64,000 nucleotides of DNA from Longimicrobiales bacterium (GTDB lineage Bacteria > Gemmatimonadota > Gemmatimonadetes > Longimicrobiales > Gaopeijiaceae), in contig CBDCKN010000009.1 in the NCBI GenBank assembly GCA_965218295.1, forward strand, positions 1-64,000, given 5' to 3'. Position numbers and translations under genes: made by a program. The notes below the pieces were generated by a model. The model saw only the letters and a list, made by a program, of their open reading frames with translations. It ran no database searches and was not told the origin of the DNA. Positions within the stretch are counted from its first letter, which is position 1. Every line of letters begins with the position of its first letter. This document shows, in pieces, positions 63,142-64,000 of this stretch.

Positions 63142-63216
63142 GGATCTGGTTCACCAAAGTGTAGTTGGCTCGATGCCTCCGAGTGCCGGAGGCCGATCAC
63201 ACTTGTGCAGAGATCC
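63142..63216. repeat. 75-bp imperfect inverted-repeat element (MITE-like)
   Basis: Pairings GGATCT/AGATCC, AAGTGT/ACACTT and GCCTCC/GGAGGC. Confidence 0.4.
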
Positions 63217-63590
63217 CCTATGCCGCCGGGCGTCGTCGCCGTACCCGACGTCGAGGACCGCACCTTTACCGGCCAGGAGCTCGGCGCCCACGAGCTGGCC
63301 CGCGGCGAGGACGTCTGCCGGGTCGGTCGCCCACTTGCCCACTACCCGGATCGTGCCGGGCTCCCCCTCCCAGCCCGTGGGCTCGTAGGCCCGACCGCCG
63401 GCCCATTTGGCGAAGACCGTCGACGCGATCCCGGCCGAGAGCTCGTGATCGGGTGACAGCTCCAGACGCAGCAGCGAAGCCGGCAGCGGGAGAACGCGCA
63501 TGAGCGCGCGGAACCGGACCACGGAGCACCTCACCAAGTTGGAGCCATGGGGTGGACGGACCCGTGCCCAGACCCGAGACTGTTTGCTCT

Positions 63591-64000
63591 ATGTTCGACT
63601 TCACCGTCCACGCCACCGACGGCCCGGCCCGCGCCGGGACCTTCGCCACGCCTCACGGCGACGTGCCGACACCGGTCTTCATGCCGGTGGGCACCATCGG
63701 GTCGGTGAAGGGGGTCTCGCCGGAGGAGATCGCCGGCGTGGGCGCGTCCATGATCCTCGCCAACACCTACCACCTCTACCTGCGCCCCGGTCACGAGGTG
63801 GTCCGCGACCTGGGCCAGATCCGCGCCTTTATGCGCTGGGATGGGCCCGTCCTCACCGACTCCGGCGGCTATCAGGTCTTCTCTCTTGCCAGAATCAGGG
63901 AGATCCGGGACGACGGGGTGGTCTTCCAGAGCCACATCGACGGCTCCAGCCACCTCTTCACGCCCGAGGTCGTGATGGACATCCAGCGGGCTCTGGGCGC
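63591..64000 (+). CDS. tgt: tRNA-guanine transglycosylase (runs off window; absent from ORF track)
   Basis: Translates MFDFTV...TPHG...TPVFMPVGT...[12 protein letters not shown]...[11 protein letters not shown]. Confidence 0.97.
   Translation, partial: MFDFTVHATDGPARAGTFATPHGDVPTPVFMPVGTIGSVKGVSPEEIAGVGASMILANTYHLYLRPGHEVVRDLGQIRAFMRWDGPVLTDSGGYQVFSLARIREIRDDGVVFQSHIDGSSHLFTPEVVMDIQRALG

Larger units (their letters stand above)
27813..63590. other. About 36-kb accessory region between queA and tgt
   Basis: queA and tgt are commonly adjacent. The region holds an IS, a TA module and many pseudogenes. No integrase seen. Confidence 0.7.

Noticed and set aside
63151..63537. Minus-strand 128-aa ORF before tgt
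   Set aside because: Possibly a gene fragment, but no clear start, SD or family motif.
1..64000. tRNA, rRNA, integrase or prophage genes
   Set aside because: None recognised by eye. tRNAscan-SE or Infernal would be needed to exclude small RNAs formally.

Overview
High-GC bacterial chromosome segment. The gene order (holA, SPOR protein, mutS, CBS, ddl ... rhomboid, fusA paralog, yebC, ruvCAB, queA ... tgt) suggests Gemmatimonadota; this is an inference. Intact housekeeping genes are interrupted by two accessory blocks. Block 1 (about 11.8-20.5 kb) holds an orphan Zn-ribbon protein, a DinB protein, frdABCD, a PAP2 phosphatase and a decayed DUF5916 gene. Block 2 (about 36 kb) separates the usually adjacent queA and tgt. 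It carries a thiolase / MOSC reductase / aldehyde dehydrogenase / ThDP enzyme operon broken by an IS1595-family (ISNwi1-type) element, then poxB, an RND efflux operon, a haloalkane dehalogenase, a sigma54 activator with a readable promoter and enhancer, a hipBA-like module, a form I aerobic CO dehydrogenase cluster (coxDEGMSLF) and an OmpA protein. Frameshifts, nonsense codons and truncations were seen only in accessory genes. The most unusual items are the internal architecture of the IS, the rearranged cox cluster with a CoxF-YHS fusion, and a 34-aa membrane peptide after copA.
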